Assembly (NCBI GenBank): GCA_903839405.1
Contig: CAIMCD010000042.1
Location: 2,518 to 66,517 of the forward strand
DNA length: 64,000 nt
Source: an uncultured Chlorobiaceae bacterium
Lineage (GTDB): Bacteria > Bacteroidota > Chlorobiia > Chlorobiales > Chlorobiaceae
Reading direction: 5' to 3'
In this document: one piece after another, positions 42,869 to 53,630 of the stretch
Layout: each line of letters starts with the position of its first letter
How positions within the stretch are numbered: the stretch's first letter is position 1
Notes under the pieces: generated by a model
What the model was told of the DNA's origin: nothing
Seen by the model: only the letters and a program-made list of their open reading frames with translations
Database searches by the model: none
Position numbers and translations under genes: made by a program

Positions 42869-43741
42869 CTACTGCTCCATAGAAAAACCCGGAGGTGTCA
42901 AGCTTTTGCGGTAGCCTTCCGGCAAGAGCTGTATGGCAGCCAACGCATCATCCTCACGCTCAAAAAGGCCGAAGACGGCTGAGCCGCTGCCGGAGAGTGA
43001 GGCGTAAACGCTGCCGGATTCAACGAGGGCGGTTTTAACGCTCTGCACAGCGGGAAAGTGGTCGAAGACGGCGGGCTCAAAATCGTTTTCAAATGCCGGG
43101 AAAACTCCCTTGTTGCCCAACAGGCAAAGTTCTCCGGCAAGTTTTTTCAGATCCGGCACCTCGCGCTCAAAGCGCTTGTAAAAGTTGCGGTAGGCCCAAC
43201 CCGTGGAGATGTGCTCTTCAGGGAAAACGGTTACTATATAATAAGGGAGGGTAAAACCAAGATCCTCAAGCTCGTCCCCGATCCCCCGCGCATAGGCGAG
43301 CCCTTTCATCGAAAGAAAGTAGGGCACATCAGCCCCAAGCTTTACGGCGAGAGTGTGCAGTTCCTTTGCCGGAACGTCAAGCTGCCAAAGCTCATTGAGC
43401 ACCCGCAGCACGGTTGCCGCGTCACTGCTTCCCCCTCCAAGCCCCGCGCCGAAAGGCACCTCCTTGTGGAGCTTCATGGCAATCCCCTTTTGGATACCGG
43501 CAAACTGCTGCAGCGACTTTGCCGCCCGGATGCAGAGATTGTCGTCGTCAACCGGCAGGGCGAGGTTGGTGCAGCTCATGGAAATTTCCCCGGCATCAGA
43601 GAACTCAATCGAGTCGTACCAGTTGATGGGGGCAAAGATGGTCTCCAGCGTATGATAGCCGTCATGGCGCTTGCCGGTGATGAGCAGACCAAGATTGATT
43701 TTTGCAAACGATTTGACCAGAATGGGATGCATGGAATGCAA
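42869..43741 (-). CDS. ispE: 4-diphosphocytidyl-2C-methyl-D-erythritol kinase
   Basis: AKINLGL, PFGAGLGGGSSDAA, LGADVP and LSGSGSAVFG motifs. Confidence 0.97.
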   Translation of the reverse strand: MHSMHPILVKSFAKINLGLLITGKRHDGYHTLETIFAPINWYDSIEFSDAGEISMSCTNLALPVDDDNLCIRAAKSLQQFAGIQKGIAMKLHKEVPFGAGLGGGSSDAATVLRVLNELWQLDVPAKELHTLAVKLGADVPYFLSMKGLAYARGIGDELEDLGFTLPYYIVTVFPEEHISTGWAYRNFYKRFEREVPDLKKLAGELCLLGNKGVFPAFENDFEPAVFDHFPAVQSVKTALVESGSVYASLSGSGSAVFGLFEREDDALAAIQLLPEGYRKSLTPPGFSMEQ

Positions 43742-43825
43742 TTGATTTTATATGAAAAAATTTGGCATATTCACTGAATCGAAACATCGAACAAGAGCGG
43801 CTGAACAGGCATAACCCACAGAGCA

Positions 43826-44542
43826 ATGCTTTCTGAAAACAAAACCACCCGCCGGCATAACAAGCTCGTCGTGCTGATCATGATGCTTACGGCTACACTC
43901 TTCGCCACGCACCAGTTGCAGGCCGAGGAGCAGCACTCCTTTGCCCGGCAAATACGGCAATACGCTGATGAAGATAAGGTTTATTTGTTAGAAAATATCC
44001 GCCAAAAAGTCACCATCCCTTCGGAAAAAATTGTGGTTGATGCGCTCCTCTCGGAAGACGGGCCGAAGGCTGTTGCCCTCTATCGCAAGCAGTTAGCCGA
44101 GTACCCCGATCCGGTGCTCGACCCGCTCAGCACCTCGCGCATCGCGGCCTACAACAGCGTGCTAAGCAGCCCGGAGCCCACCATAAAGCTCACCCGCCCC
44201 GGAGCCATACCGCGCCCACCAAAAACCGAGGAGAGCAAAAAGCCGCCGGTGGTTGCCGCCGCAAAGGATCCAACCCCTGCACCAGTCGTGGAAAAATCGA
44301 CCCCGGTGAAAAAGAGAGCGGGCGGCTTCACCCTGCAGTTCGGATCGTTTTCCGCCAGGGAGAATGCTGAAATCCTTCTCAAAAAGCTCTCTCCCACGGC
44401 ACCGGCAGAGATCATTTTGGATAACGGCATGTACAAGGTTCGCCTTAAAGAGAGCTACGGCTCGAAACAGGAGGCCGCAGCGGCCACACGGAGCGTGCCG
44501 GTTGAGGGTATTGTGGTGCCTCTCAAAGCAGGGCAACATTGA
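43826..44542 (+). CDS. SPOR-domain protein
   Basis: N-terminal hydrophobic segment, Pro/Lys-rich linker, C-terminal FTLQFGSF..RENA...YKVR SPOR pattern. Confidence 0.8.
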   Translation: MLSENKTTRRHNKLVVLIMMLTATLFATHQLQAEEQHSFARQIRQYADEDKVYLLENIRQKVTIPSEKIVVDALLSEDGPKAVALYRKQLAEYPDPVLDPLSTSRIAAYNSVLSSPEPTIKLTRPGAIPRPPKTEESKKPPVVAAAKDPTPAPVVEKSTPVKKRAGGFTLQFGSFSARENAEILLKKLSPTAPAEIILDNGMYKVRLKESYGSKQEAAAATRSVPVEGIVVPLKAGQH

Positions 44543-45702
44543 ATCGAAAGCCGAAGAGTGTGATGAACCGAGAGCCCACCATCATAGGTCAATCGCCCCT
44601 GATCGCCCAGCTCAAGCAGCTTGCCCAGCAGGTTGCTGAAACGGATATTACCGTGCTCATCATCGGCGAAACCGGTTCCGGCAAGGAGGTGCTCGCCCGC
44701 TACATCCATGCCCATAGCCGCCGGGCCGACAAGAGCTTTATTCCGGTCAACTGTGGCGCCATTCCGGCCGGCATTCTTGAGTCCGAGCTTTTCGGTCACG
44801 AAAAAGGGGCCTTTACCGGAGCGGTGCAGAGCCGCAAAGGGTACTTTGAAAGCGCCGACCGGGGCACCATTTTTCTGGATGAGATCGGTGAAATGCCCCT
44901 TGAAACCCAGGTCAAGTTTCTCCGGGTGATTGAAACCGGGGAGTTTCAGCGGGTTGGCTCATCAGAGCCGATCTACTCCGATGCGCGCATCATTGCCGCC
45001 ACCAACAAAAACATGTACCAGGCGGTGGCTGAAAAAAACTTCCGCGAAGATCTCTTTTACCGGTTGCGCAGCGTTGAGTTGCAAATTCCGCCGCTCCGCG
45101 AAAGAGGACGCGACATTCTGCTGCTCGCCGAAACCTTTGTGCATGAGTTTGAAAACAAGCACAAAATTATTTTTGAGGGGTTCACCCCCGATGCCGCGGA
45201 GATGCTGATGCGCTACCCCTGGCCGGGCAATGTCCGCGAACTCCGCAATCTTATTGAATCGCTGCTGGTGCTTGAAAAAGGAAAAAACATCACGGCGGAA
45301 ATCCTTGAAAAACATCTGGTGCAGCGCAACCGTTACAAAAGTCTGGTTCACGACCCCTCCCGCTCGGAGAGCAATGAACTCAACATCATCTACAGCAGCA
45401 TTCTCCAGCTCCGCCAGGAGGTAGGCGAAATCCGCCAGCTCTTGCAGCTTCTCGTGCAAACCCGCCCGCACCCGCCGCTGCTCCTCGGGGAGCCATCTTT
45501 TTCAGCTCCACCACCCGTCGCGGCGGCTAACGGCAAAGAGCATGAACCGGAGCCCGAAGCCGTGCACTCACTTGAAGAGATAGAAAAAAAGTCCATTGCC
45601 AATGCCCTTAGCTCCTGCAATGGCAACAAACGCCAGACGGCTCTTGCACTCGGCATAACCGAGCGCACCCTCTACCGAAAAATCAAAAGCTACGGATTGT
45701 AA
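44539..45702 (+). CDS. Sigma54-interacting AAA+ activator with Fis-type HTH and no receiver domain
   Basis: GETGSGKE, ELFGHEKGAFTGA, LDEIGEM, WPGNVREL and GITERTLYRKIK motifs. Confidence 0.92.
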   Translation: MNRKPKSVMNREPTIIGQSPLIAQLKQLAQQVAETDITVLIIGETGSGKEVLARYIHAHSRRADKSFIPVNCGAIPAGILESELFGHEKGAFTGAVQSRKGYFESADRGTIFLDEIGEMPLETQVKFLRVIETGEFQRVGSSEPIYSDARIIAATNKNMYQAVAEKNFREDLFYRLRSVELQIPPLRERGRDILLLAETFVHEFENKHKIIFEGFTPDAAEMLMRYPWPGNVRELRNLIESLLVLEKGKNITAEILEKHLVQRNRYKSLVHDPSRSESNELNIIYSSILQLRQEVGEIRQLLQLLVQTRPHPPLLLGEPSFSAPPPVAAANGKEHEPEPEAVHSLEEIEKKSIANALSSCNGNKRQTALALGITERTLYRKIKSYGL

Positions 45703-45704
45703 AG

Positions 45705-45764
45705 CTTTATGGAAGTTATGGAACTAATATGACCTATAGGTACCATAACTCCTATGAGTCCCAT
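45705..45764. repeat. Degenerate 9-bp repeat array in inverted arrangement
   Basis: CTTTATGGA-AGTTATGGA-ACTAATATG-ACCTATAGG on the left and CCTATAGGT-ACCATAACT-CCTATGAGT-CCCAT on the right, centred on palindrome ACCTATAGGT. Confidence 0.55.
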
Positions 45765-47329
45765 CACCCTTTCCTTCGTTTTAAAAAAGCTACAACAAAG
45801 AGCAACAGAGTTATTGCCGAAGCGGCTTTTGGCAATAGGTCGGGATTGCAGGTATAAAAAGTAAGGCTGCTTTCAAGCGGCACATCGGCCGTCAGGCTCT
45901 CCTCCTGCCACCAGGGAATTTCAGAGATGATGCGGCCAAACTTGTCGATAAAAACCGTGAGCCCGGTATTGGCACAGCGCGCCATCGCCCGGCGGTTCTC
46001 GATACAGCGCAACCGGCCAATAGCCAGATGCTGGTACGGGCCATAAGAGGTGTAATACCAGCCATCGTTGGTTACCAGTGTCAGTAGCCGGGCACCCTTT
46101 CGTACAAACTCGGCCACATGCGCGGGAAAAATGGATTCATAACAGATAAAATTGGCAATCACGACTTCCCTCCCCGACAGAGAGAGCTTCATAACCGCAG
46201 CGTCACCTCCCCTCTCCCATCCACTGATACCCGAAAGCGAAAAGGTTGCATAACCAAGCCATGGAAAATAATCGATATAGGGTACCCGCTCCGCAAACGG
46301 CACAAGGTGCATTTTGCGATAAATCTGAGGCGCCCCGTTGCCCGACTCAAGCAGCATTGAAGCATTATATATGCTGGATGAACGGTTCCCCTTATGCAAA
46401 ACATCAATAAACCCGCTCAGCAAGGCAGCATCCCACTGCCGCAACGATGTCCGCAACGTTTTCAATTCATCGGCAAATGGTGGCTCAAGAATTGCAAAAA
46501 GAATGGCGGTTTCAGGCCACATGACCAGTTCAGGCCGGTTTTCACGAACAGCCCTGCCGGTTATATGGTAATATCTCTCCATGAGTTGCGCACTGCCGCC
46601 CGGTTCCGATGGGCCGTGCGGGTCAACATTCGGCTGAACAAGCGTCACCCGCAGTTTATTTCTTGATGATACCGCATCCACATCACGGCGTAATAATATT
46701 ACCGAAGCGTAGATAAGCGGTGCCATAATCATGAGCATCATGATAACGATATAACGGTGCACCTCTTTTTTATTTCCATCCAAAACCATCAAGACACAGA
46801 TATTAAACCACAGAAGCCAGAAACTGATCCCCCAGACGCCTGTCACATCGGCGTATTGAATCATGAGATTCAAATTAGCCTGCGAATTGCCGAAAGTCAG
46901 CCATCCAAGCGAGAGATCCTGCGCCGAGTAGGCCCACTCCCATGCAACCCACAAAAAAGGAAGCGAGAACAAGGCAAAGCGGTACCCCGCCATTTTTTTT
47001 ACCGCAAAAAAAGCAAGGAGAGGCACGGTTAAAAAAAATGCTTCTGCAAAAAGAGTGAGAATACCGCCCGGCAGGGTGGCAAGACTCACCCACCAGAGGC
47101 TTATCACACAATAGAGCAGCATGGAGAGATAGACTCTCCTGAACAGCTCCCCGGCTTTTTCAACCGTTTTAAGCGAAAGAAGCAGCGGTACCAGAGCTAC
47201 CCATGCAAGCAGTTCAAGACGGATAAAGGGATAAGAGGGGAAGGATACACCAAGAAGCACGCCACTCAACACAGATGCAGCATAACGGGAATGAATCAGT
47301 TGATCTTTTATCCTGGATAATGCGGTCAT
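45764..47329 (-). CDS. lnt: Apolipoprotein N-acyltransferase
   Basis: N-terminal TM bundle; VMWPETA, K.HLVPFAE, ICYESIF, TNDGWY and RCANTG motifs. Confidence 0.95.
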   Translation of the reverse strand: MTALSRIKDQLIHSRYAASVLSGVLLGVSFPSYPFIRLELLAWVALVPLLLSLKTVEKAGELFRRVYLSMLLYCVISLWWVSLATLPGGILTLFAEAFFLTVPLLAFFAVKKMAGYRFALFSLPFLWVAWEWAYSAQDLSLGWLTFGNSQANLNLMIQYADVTGVWGISFWLLWFNICVLMVLDGNKKEVHRYIVIMMLMIMAPLIYASVILLRRDVDAVSSRNKLRVTLVQPNVDPHGPSEPGGSAQLMERYYHITGRAVRENRPELVMWPETAILFAILEPPFADELKTLRTSLRQWDAALLSGFIDVLHKGNRSSSIYNASMLLESGNGAPQIYRKMHLVPFAERVPYIDYFPWLGYATFSLSGISGWERGGDAAVMKLSLSGREVVIANFICYESIFPAHVAEFVRKGARLLTLVTNDGWYYTSYGPYQHLAIGRLRCIENRRAMARCANTGLTVFIDKFGRIISEIPWWQEESLTADVPLESSLTFYTCNPDLLPKAASAITLLLFVVAFLKRRKG

Positions 47330-47570
47330 AAAACAATTAAAAAGCTGTCGACTTTATGAAAAAAAGAACAAAAAAACACGAAGAAACCCTAAAACGCTGA
47401 AAGTATACGACAATTCAGATAAACAGATAATCACCAAGGAAAACATTTTACTTTATTTATTGATTTTTATTCTTTAAATTTATAACAAGCTGTTATTTAA
47501 CAGGAATGGACGCTAAAGTATTTCCTGAAAATATCCAATTTCAACGCCATTAGAAAAAGGAGAAATCATT

Positions 47571-48671
47571 ATGGCTCTTTTCGGCACTAAAGACACCACC
47601 ACCGCACACTCAGATTATGAGATCGTACTCGAGGGCGGTTCAAGTTCCTGGGGCAAAGTAAAATGTCGGGCGAAAGTTAACGTGCCCCCGGCACTCCCCT
47701 TGCTGCCGGCGGATTGCAACGTCAAAATCAATGTAAAACCTCTCGATCCGGCCAAAGGGTTCGTAAGATTTTCAGCGGTTATTGAGTCAATCGTCGACAG
47801 CACAAAAAACAAGTTGGTTATTGAGGCGGACATCGCCAATGAAACCAAGGAAAGAAGAATCTGTGTAGGTGAAGGCACAGTTTCCGTCGGTGATTTCTCT
47901 CACACGTTCTCCTTTGAAGGCTCCGTTGTCAACCTCTTCTACTACCGTTCCGACGCAGTCCGCAGAAATGTCCCGAATCCGATCTACATGCAGGGACGCC
48001 AGTTCCACGACATCATCATGAAAGTGCCTCTCAACAATCCCGATGTTATCGACACTTGGGAAGGAACCCTGAAGGCTCTTCAGACCACTGGCGCATTCAA
48101 TGACTGGATTCGTGAGTTCTGGTTTATCGGACCGGCATTTACCGCATTGAATGAAGGTGGACAGCGCATTTCAAAAATTGAGGTCAACAGCATCGGCACC
48201 CAGAGCAGCGATAAAGGGCCGGTTGGTGTTACCAGATGGCGTTTCTCTCATGGCGGTTCAGGTATTGTTGATTCCATTGCACGCTGGGCAGAGCTCTTCC
48301 CGGCAGACAAACTCAACCGTCCTGCATCAGTTGAAGCTGGATTCCGCTCTGACTCACAGGGTATCGAAGTTAAGGTTGACGGCGACTTCCCTGGCGTTTC
48401 AGTCGATGCCGGCGGTGGATTGCGCCGGATTCTGAACCACCCACTTATCCCGCTGGTTCACCACGGTATGGTCGGTAAGTTCAATGACTTTACGGTCGAC
48501 ACACAGCTCAAGATTGTGCTTCCAAAAGGCTACAAAGTCCGTTATGCCGCACCTCAGTTCCGTTCGCAGAACCTTGAGGAGTATCGCTGGAGCGGTGGTG
48601 CTTATGCCCGTTGGGTTGAGCATGTCTGCAAGGGTGGTACCGGACAGTTCGAAGTGCTTTACGCTCAGTAA
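47571..48671 (+). CDS. fmoA: Bacteriochlorophyll a-binding Fenna-Matthews-Olson (FMO) protein
   Basis: 366 aa beginning MALFGTKDTTTAHSDYEI and ending HVCKGGTGQFEVLYAQ; recognised as the Chlorobiaceae FMO sequence. Confidence 0.98.
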   Translation: MALFGTKDTTTAHSDYEIVLEGGSSSWGKVKCRAKVNVPPALPLLPADCNVKINVKPLDPAKGFVRFSAVIESIVDSTKNKLVIEADIANETKERRICVGEGTVSVGDFSHTFSFEGSVVNLFYYRSDAVRRNVPNPIYMQGRQFHDIIMKVPLNNPDVIDTWEGTLKALQTTGAFNDWIREFWFIGPAFTALNEGGQRISKIEVNSIGTQSSDKGPVGVTRWRFSHGGSGIVDSIARWAELFPADKLNRPASVEAGFRSDSQGIEVKVDGDFPGVSVDAGGGLRRILNHPLIPLVHHGMVGKFNDFTVDTQLKIVLPKGYKVRYAAPQFRSQNLEEYRWSGGAYARWVEHVCKGGTGQFEVLYAQ

Positions 48672-48688
48672 GCACTACAAGTATTGAC

Positions 48689-48723
48689 AAAAAAAGACCG
48701 GCTAAAACCGGTCTTTTTTTTTT
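48689..48723. terminator. Bidirectional terminator of fmoA and the MerR-family gene
   Basis: AAAAAAAGACCGG-CTAAAA-CCGGTCTTTTTTT. Confidence 0.88.
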
Positions 48724-49123
48724 ATCCCAGCAACTGCAGAAGATCCTCGATCTCCCCTTTGATCTCCTTGAGAAGCACGGTTCGCCGTTCACCCACAACG
48801 GTATGGCGTTTTTTCTCCTGGCCGATCTGCTTCTGCAACTTCAAAATTTCTGTAGTTTTGTGATCGCCTTCGGTGTCCTTCAGCACTCCCTTGACAATTT
48901 CACTCGCCTTGCCAAGCCGGTACCCTTTTTCATAGACCAGCTCCTTGATATTGAGCACCATGGCTATATCACGGTTGGTATAGCGCCGGTTCCCCCTTGT
49001 ATCGCGGGCCGGAGCAAGTTCGGTAAAAAAACCTTCCCAATACCTGAGCAGGTAGGACGGCACACCGGCAATCCGGGTTACCTCGCCGATAGAGTAGTAG
49101 CTTTTCGTTGAATCAAATGCCAT
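48722..49123 (-). CDS. MerR-family HTH regulator
   Basis: YYSIGEV, LRYWE.FF and GNRRYT..DI motifs; start placed at MAFDST. Confidence 0.88.
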   Translation of the reverse strand: MAFDSTKSYYSIGEVTRIAGVPSYLLRYWEGFFTELAPARDTRGNRRYTNRDIAMVLNIKELVYEKGYRLGKASEIVKGVLKDTEGDHKTTEILKLQKQIGQEKKRHTVVGERRTVLLKEIKGEIEDLLQLLG

Positions 49124-49204
49124 AAGAGGAAGCGGGTAAGGATGAATTTTGTTTTTACTATTCTTATTATACATTACTACCGTCACTTCAAAAACATATG
49201 ACGG

Positions 49205-50956
49205 ATGAAAAATTTACTCAGCCTCAAGCCCTATCTGCTCAAGTACAAAAAAAATCTCTGGGCAGGTTTTCTTTTTGTCATCCTCACCAATTTCTTCGCC
49301 GTCATCGGGCCGAAATATATCGGCATGGCCATCGACACCATGAACCGGAAGTTTGAACTCTCAACCGTGCTCCAGGACACCGGCCTCTACTTTCTCTTTG
49401 CGCTCCTGAGCGGTTACTTTCTCTATCTGGTTCGCCAGAATCTCATTGTGGCTTCACGCCACATTGAGTTCGATTTGAAAAACGACTATTACCGGCATCT
49501 GCAAAAACTCCCCCGCCGTTTTTATAATACCACCTCAACCGGTGAGCTGATTTCACGCGGCACCAACGACCTCAATGCCATACGGGAGTTTCTCGGCCCG
49601 GGCATCATGTACTCGCTCAACACCTTCTTCCGACTCTTTTTTTCGCTGATTGCCATGATTGCGCTCTCGCCGAAACTGACCCTCTTCGCCCTGCTTCCTG
49701 CTCCCCTTTTGAGTTACTCGGTCTATAAGATCGGAAGCTCGATGCAGAAGCGCTCAAAAAGCATCCAGGAGAGCTATGGTGCCATCACCAATCTGGTACA
49801 GGAGAACCTCTCCGGCATCCGGGTGGTGAAAAGCTATACGCGTGAAGCCTTTGAAATACAGCGGTTCGAAACCCTCAACCGCGAGTACTATCGCAAGAAC
49901 CTCTCTCTGGGAAAGCTCCAGGCGCTCTTTTTTGCCTTTTTGACCTCACTCACCGCCTTCTCGCTGCTCCCGGTTGTCTGGGTCGGCGGCATCTCTGTCA
50001 TTGAGAAAAGCATGAGTGTGGGAGGAATCGCCCAGTTTATTGTCTATGTCTCCATGCTGAGCTGGCCGATCATCTCCATCGGCTGGGTCACCAGTATTGT
50101 TCAGAGAGCCGCATCGGCCCAGCTTCGCCTCAATGAGATTTTCAACATCCAGCCGGACATTGTGGACGAAAAAGAGGAGGCTTGCTCAACCGAAGCGTTC
50201 CACGGAGCGCTCTCCTTCCGCCAGGTGAGCTTTCACTACCCCGGCCAGAAAGATCACCCTATTTTGAACAACATCTCGCTTGATATTGAGGCCGGATCGA
50301 AGGTCGCCATTGTCGGAGCCACGGGGTCAGGCAAAACAACCCTCATCAACCTTATCCCCCGGCTCTACGACCCGGTGGAAGGATCGCTGCTCCTTGACGG
50401 GCGTGATACTAGAACCTTGCCATTGAAAAGCCTGCGGGAGATGATCGGCTTTGTGCCGCAGGTCAACTTCCTCTTTTCCGACACCATTGCAGAGAACATC
50501 AACTGGGGCAGCAAGGAGAGTGAGGCGGAGGCGGTGATTGAAGCAAGCAAAATAGCCATGCTTTATGATGATGTGGTGGAGTTTCCCGATGGATTCGATA
50601 CCATGCTTGGAGAGAAAGGGATCAACCTTTCCGGAGGCCAGAAACAGCGCACCTGCATTGCAAGGGCGATTGCCTGGAAACCAAAACTGCTGGTGCTCGA
50701 CGACGCCCTTTCGGCCGTCGATACCGATACCGAAGCCCGTATCTTTGAGGCTCTTCTGGAAAAACTCCCGGAGACCACCATCATCCTTATCAGCCACAGG
50801 ATATCGACGGTAAAAAACTGCGACCGCATCATTGTGCTTAAGGGTGGTGCGATTGCCGAAAGCGGCACCCATGATGAGCTGCTGCAGCAAAACCACCTCT
50901 ACGCCGAACTCTACAACCAGCAGTTGCTCGAAGAGGAGATTCTCTCGCTGTCGTAG
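49205..50956 (+). CDS. ABC exporter, fused permease and ATPase (MsbA/MdlA-like)
   Basis: TM domain followed by GATGSGKT, LSGGQKQR, LDDALSAVD and ISHR. Confidence 0.93.
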   Translation: MKNLLSLKPYLLKYKKNLWAGFLFVILTNFFAVIGPKYIGMAIDTMNRKFELSTVLQDTGLYFLFALLSGYFLYLVRQNLIVASRHIEFDLKNDYYRHLQKLPRRFYNTTSTGELISRGTNDLNAIREFLGPGIMYSLNTFFRLFFSLIAMIALSPKLTLFALLPAPLLSYSVYKIGSSMQKRSKSIQESYGAITNLVQENLSGIRVVKSYTREAFEIQRFETLNREYYRKNLSLGKLQALFFAFLTSLTAFSLLPVVWVGGISVIEKSMSVGGIAQFIVYVSMLSWPIISIGWVTSIVQRAASAQLRLNEIFNIQPDIVDEKEEACSTEAFHGALSFRQVSFHYPGQKDHPILNNISLDIEAGSKVAIVGATGSGKTTLINLIPRLYDPVEGSLLLDGRDTRTLPLKSLREMIGFVPQVNFLFSDTIAENINWGSKESEAEAVIEASKIAMLYDDVVEFPDGFDTMLGEKGINLSGGQKQRTCIARAIAWKPKLLVLDDALSAVDTDTEARIFEALLEKLPETTIILISHRISTVKNCDRIIVLKGGAIAESGTHDELLQQNHLYAELYNQQLLEEEILSLS

Positions 50957-51016
50957 GGCGGTTCGGCAATAACATCAAAACCCGGCAACCACGCAGGGGC
51001 ACGGCATGCCGTGCCC

Positions 51017-52192
51017 TTACAATTCCCGGTTGACCACCTTCACCTTCTTTGCATTGGCAATGGCCTTTTCTTTCACCAGATTGACCTCGCTACCCAACTC
51101 CCCGGAGGCCAGTGTCACCCCCATCCGCCGGTAAGGACGGGTTGTGGGCTTTCCGAATATGCGAATATCAGTGCCCGCCTCCTGCAAGGCCTCTTCCAAG
51201 CCGGTATAGTTGGGATTCCTGCCCTCCTTCTCGGCTAAAATAACCGCGCTGGCACCAACCCGCAGCAAGGTGATTTCCGGAATCGGCAGACCAAGGATGG
51301 CCCTAACATGCAGCTCAAACTCCGAGAGGTTCTGCGTGCCGGCAAGCGTTACCATGCCCGTATCGTGCGGACGGGGAGAGAGTTCGGAAAAGTAGAGTCC
51401 GTCATCGGCGAGGAAAAACTCCACACCCCAGATGCCGGCGCCGGTAAGAGCACGCGTAACCTTATCAGCAATACCCTCGGCCTCCCGCAAGGCGGCTTCG
51501 TCAATCAGGCAAGGCTGCCAGCTCTCCTGGTAATCCCCCCGCTCCTGACGGTGGCCGATGGGAGGGCAGAACAAGGTAGTACCGCTCTTTTGTGTTACGG
51601 TCAGCAAGGTAATTTCGGTATGGAAGTGCACAAAGGACTCCACAATGACTTCAGCAATATCGCCACGCTTGCCGCTTTGGGAATAGCTCCATGCCCGCTC
51701 AATATCTGAAGAAGCTTTAATGGTCGACTGTCCCTTGCCCGAGGAGCTCATCAGCGGTTTCACCACACAGGGAATACCCACCTCCATGACCGCCGCCTCC
51801 AACTCTTCCCGGGAAGCCGCATAAGCATATTTCGCCGTGCGAAGGCCAAGCTCTTTCGATGCCAGATCGCGAATGGCCTTGCGGTTCATGGTAAAATTGG
51901 CCGCGCGGGCCGAAGGCACAACCTGTATCCCTCGCTTCTCATAGTCATAAAAGCGCTCGGTGCGAATCGCCTCAATTTCAGGCACAATCAGATCAGGTTG
52001 ATGGCGGGCCACAATGGCGTCCAAAGCCGTGCCATCAAGCATGTCGATCACCTCCCGTTCATCGGCGACCTGCTGAGCCGGCGCATCGTTGTAGCTGTCA
52101 ACCGCTATTACATGGTGCCCCAAACGTTTGGCGGCAATAACAAACTCTTTACCCAGTTCTCCGCTGCCGAGCAGCATGATTTTTTTCGGCAT
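51017..52192 (-). CDS. purT: Formate-dependent phosphoribosylglycinamide formyltransferase
   Basis: [32 protein letters not shown] and [11 protein letters not shown] motifs. Confidence 0.97.
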   Translation of the reverse strand: MPKKIMLLGSGELGKEFVIAAKRLGHHVIAVDSYNDAPAQQVADEREVIDMLDGTALDAIVARHQPDLIVPEIEAIRTERFYDYEKRGIQVVPSARAANFTMNRKAIRDLASKELGLRTAKYAYAASREELEAAVMEVGIPCVVKPLMSSSGKGQSTIKASSDIERAWSYSQSGKRGDIAEVIVESFVHFHTEITLLTVTQKSGTTLFCPPIGHRQERGDYQESWQPCLIDEAALREAEGIADKVTRALTGAGIWGVEFFLADDGLYFSELSPRPHDTGMVTLAGTQNLSEFELHVRAILGLPIPEITLLRVGASAVILAEKEGRNPNYTGLEEALQEAGTDIRIFGKPTTRPYRRMGVTLASGELGSEVNLVKEKAIANAKKVKVVNREL

Positions 52193-52295
52193 AATGATAT
52201 ATGAAGATTACTTCAAGCAGATTGTCGTAAATAGTAGGGCGTGGCAACACTACGTTCCTGATAAGCAGAGAGATAACGAACTCAGGCTGAGCAGT

Positions 52296-53630
52296 TTAGC
52301 GGGATGTCGCTGATACCGATCCGCTTTCGCGCACAATCAGCCAGATACCAATACCGGCCATCACCACATCAGCCGCCCACATGGAGATCAAAGGGTCCAG
52401 AAGGCCACGTGCAGCAACTTTTTCGCCGGTAATCATGAGCATCCAGTAAAGCACAAAAAAGAGCAGCGACATGGAGGCCCCGATACCAAACCCTCCGCGC
52501 CTTGAACGAAGGCCCAGCGGAGCCCCGACCAGCACAAAAACAAAGCAGGCGAACGAGAGGGCATATTTTTTATGATATGCGGCCATGTAACTGTTGTACA
52601 TAGTGCGGTTTGATTCGATATTTTTCAGCTCCCGGTCAAGCTGGCCAAGCTGTCGATCCAGATAACCGGCAACAAGGGAGGCTCTCTTTTGTTCCTGGGA
52701 GAGTGATGAGGAGGAAAGGCTCTTCCGCTCCTCGGTGCCGCTCTCTCGGATACGGCTCGCCATCAACTCAAGCGGCTGGCGGATATGCTGTTCAGAGAGA
52801 GCGATCCTTTGCTGGAACTCACGGCCAATAGTCAGCAGCTCACGGGCTGAAAGCTCACTGTCACCGGAACGCATCCGGTTGGCGGAACTGCGCTCAAAAC
52901 CAAATCCGGATGATTCAAAAACAAAACGGTGCTTCTTGAAACTCATGATCCGGTACTTGAGGTGCTCCGGCTGCTGGATCTGGTGAATTTCACCATTAAC
53001 AAGCGTCATAACCAGATACTGGTAATCCGGTGAAAAATCAATGGTCCCCTTTTCAGCCGTCACCATGGAGCTGTATTCGCGGCTGTTCTGGTCATAGATA
53101 ACCACACCGCTGATCACCTTCGACTTCGCATCGGAGTTGCGCACCAGAATGGAGTAACCATCAACAAGACTGGAAAAAGCATTTTCCGTCAACCCAAAAG
53201 CTGGCTTGGCACGGGCGATGTCAACCATGAGCGATTTGCCGTAATAGTTCGCGGCAGGAAGCACAACATTATTAAATCGCTCAACAAGCAGTGAGAGGAG
53301 CAGGCTGACCACGATCACCGGCATCATCAATCGGTAGAGGGAGATACCCGATGCCCGGATGACGGTCATCTCCGAGCTGGAGGTCAGTGCGCCGAATGCC
53401 ATCACCACGGCAATAAGCACGGCCATCGGCGCAGCAAGCCCCACCATCCATGCGGACTGCAGCACAATGAGTTCCAGAATCGAGGCAAAATCAATACCCC
53501 GGCCAATAAAGCGCTCGGCAAATGTGGCAAAAAACTGGAGTATGAGAACAAAAAGAATGGTAAAAAAAGAAAAAAAGAATGGCCCGAGATGCGATTTCAG
53601 GACATATCGATCAAGTTTTTTCATAAACAA
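52296..53630 (-). CDS. LptF/LptG-family LPS export permease
   Basis: Three N-terminal and three C-terminal TM helices; E..VIRASGISL and HKKYALSFACF...GAPLG motifs. Confidence 0.88.
   Translation of the reverse strand: MFMKKLDRYVLKSHLGPFFFSFFTILFVLILQFFATFAERFIGRGIDFASILELIVLQSAWMVGLAAPMAVLIAVVMAFGALTSSSEMTVIRASGISLYRLMMPVIVVSLLLSLLVERFNNVVLPAANYYGKSLMVDIARAKPAFGLTENAFSSLVDGYSILVRNSDAKSKVISGVVIYDQNSREYSSMVTAEKGTIDFSPDYQYLVMTLVNGEIHQIQQPEHLKYRIMSFKKHRFVFESSGFGFERSSANRMRSGDSELSARELLTIGREFQQRIALSEQHIRQPLELMASRIRESGTEERKSLSSSSLSQEQKRASLVAGYLDRQLGQLDRELKNIESNRTMYNSYMAAYHKKYALSFACFVFVLVGAPLGLRSRRGGFGIGASMSLLFFVLYWMLMITGEKVAARGLLDPLISMWAADVVMAGIGIWLIVRESGSVSATSR

Noticed and set aside
47571-48671. 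fmoA standing apart from other photosynthesis genes
   Set aside because: Photosynthesis genes are normally dispersed in Chlorobiaceae and fmoA has its own terminator; this is expected.
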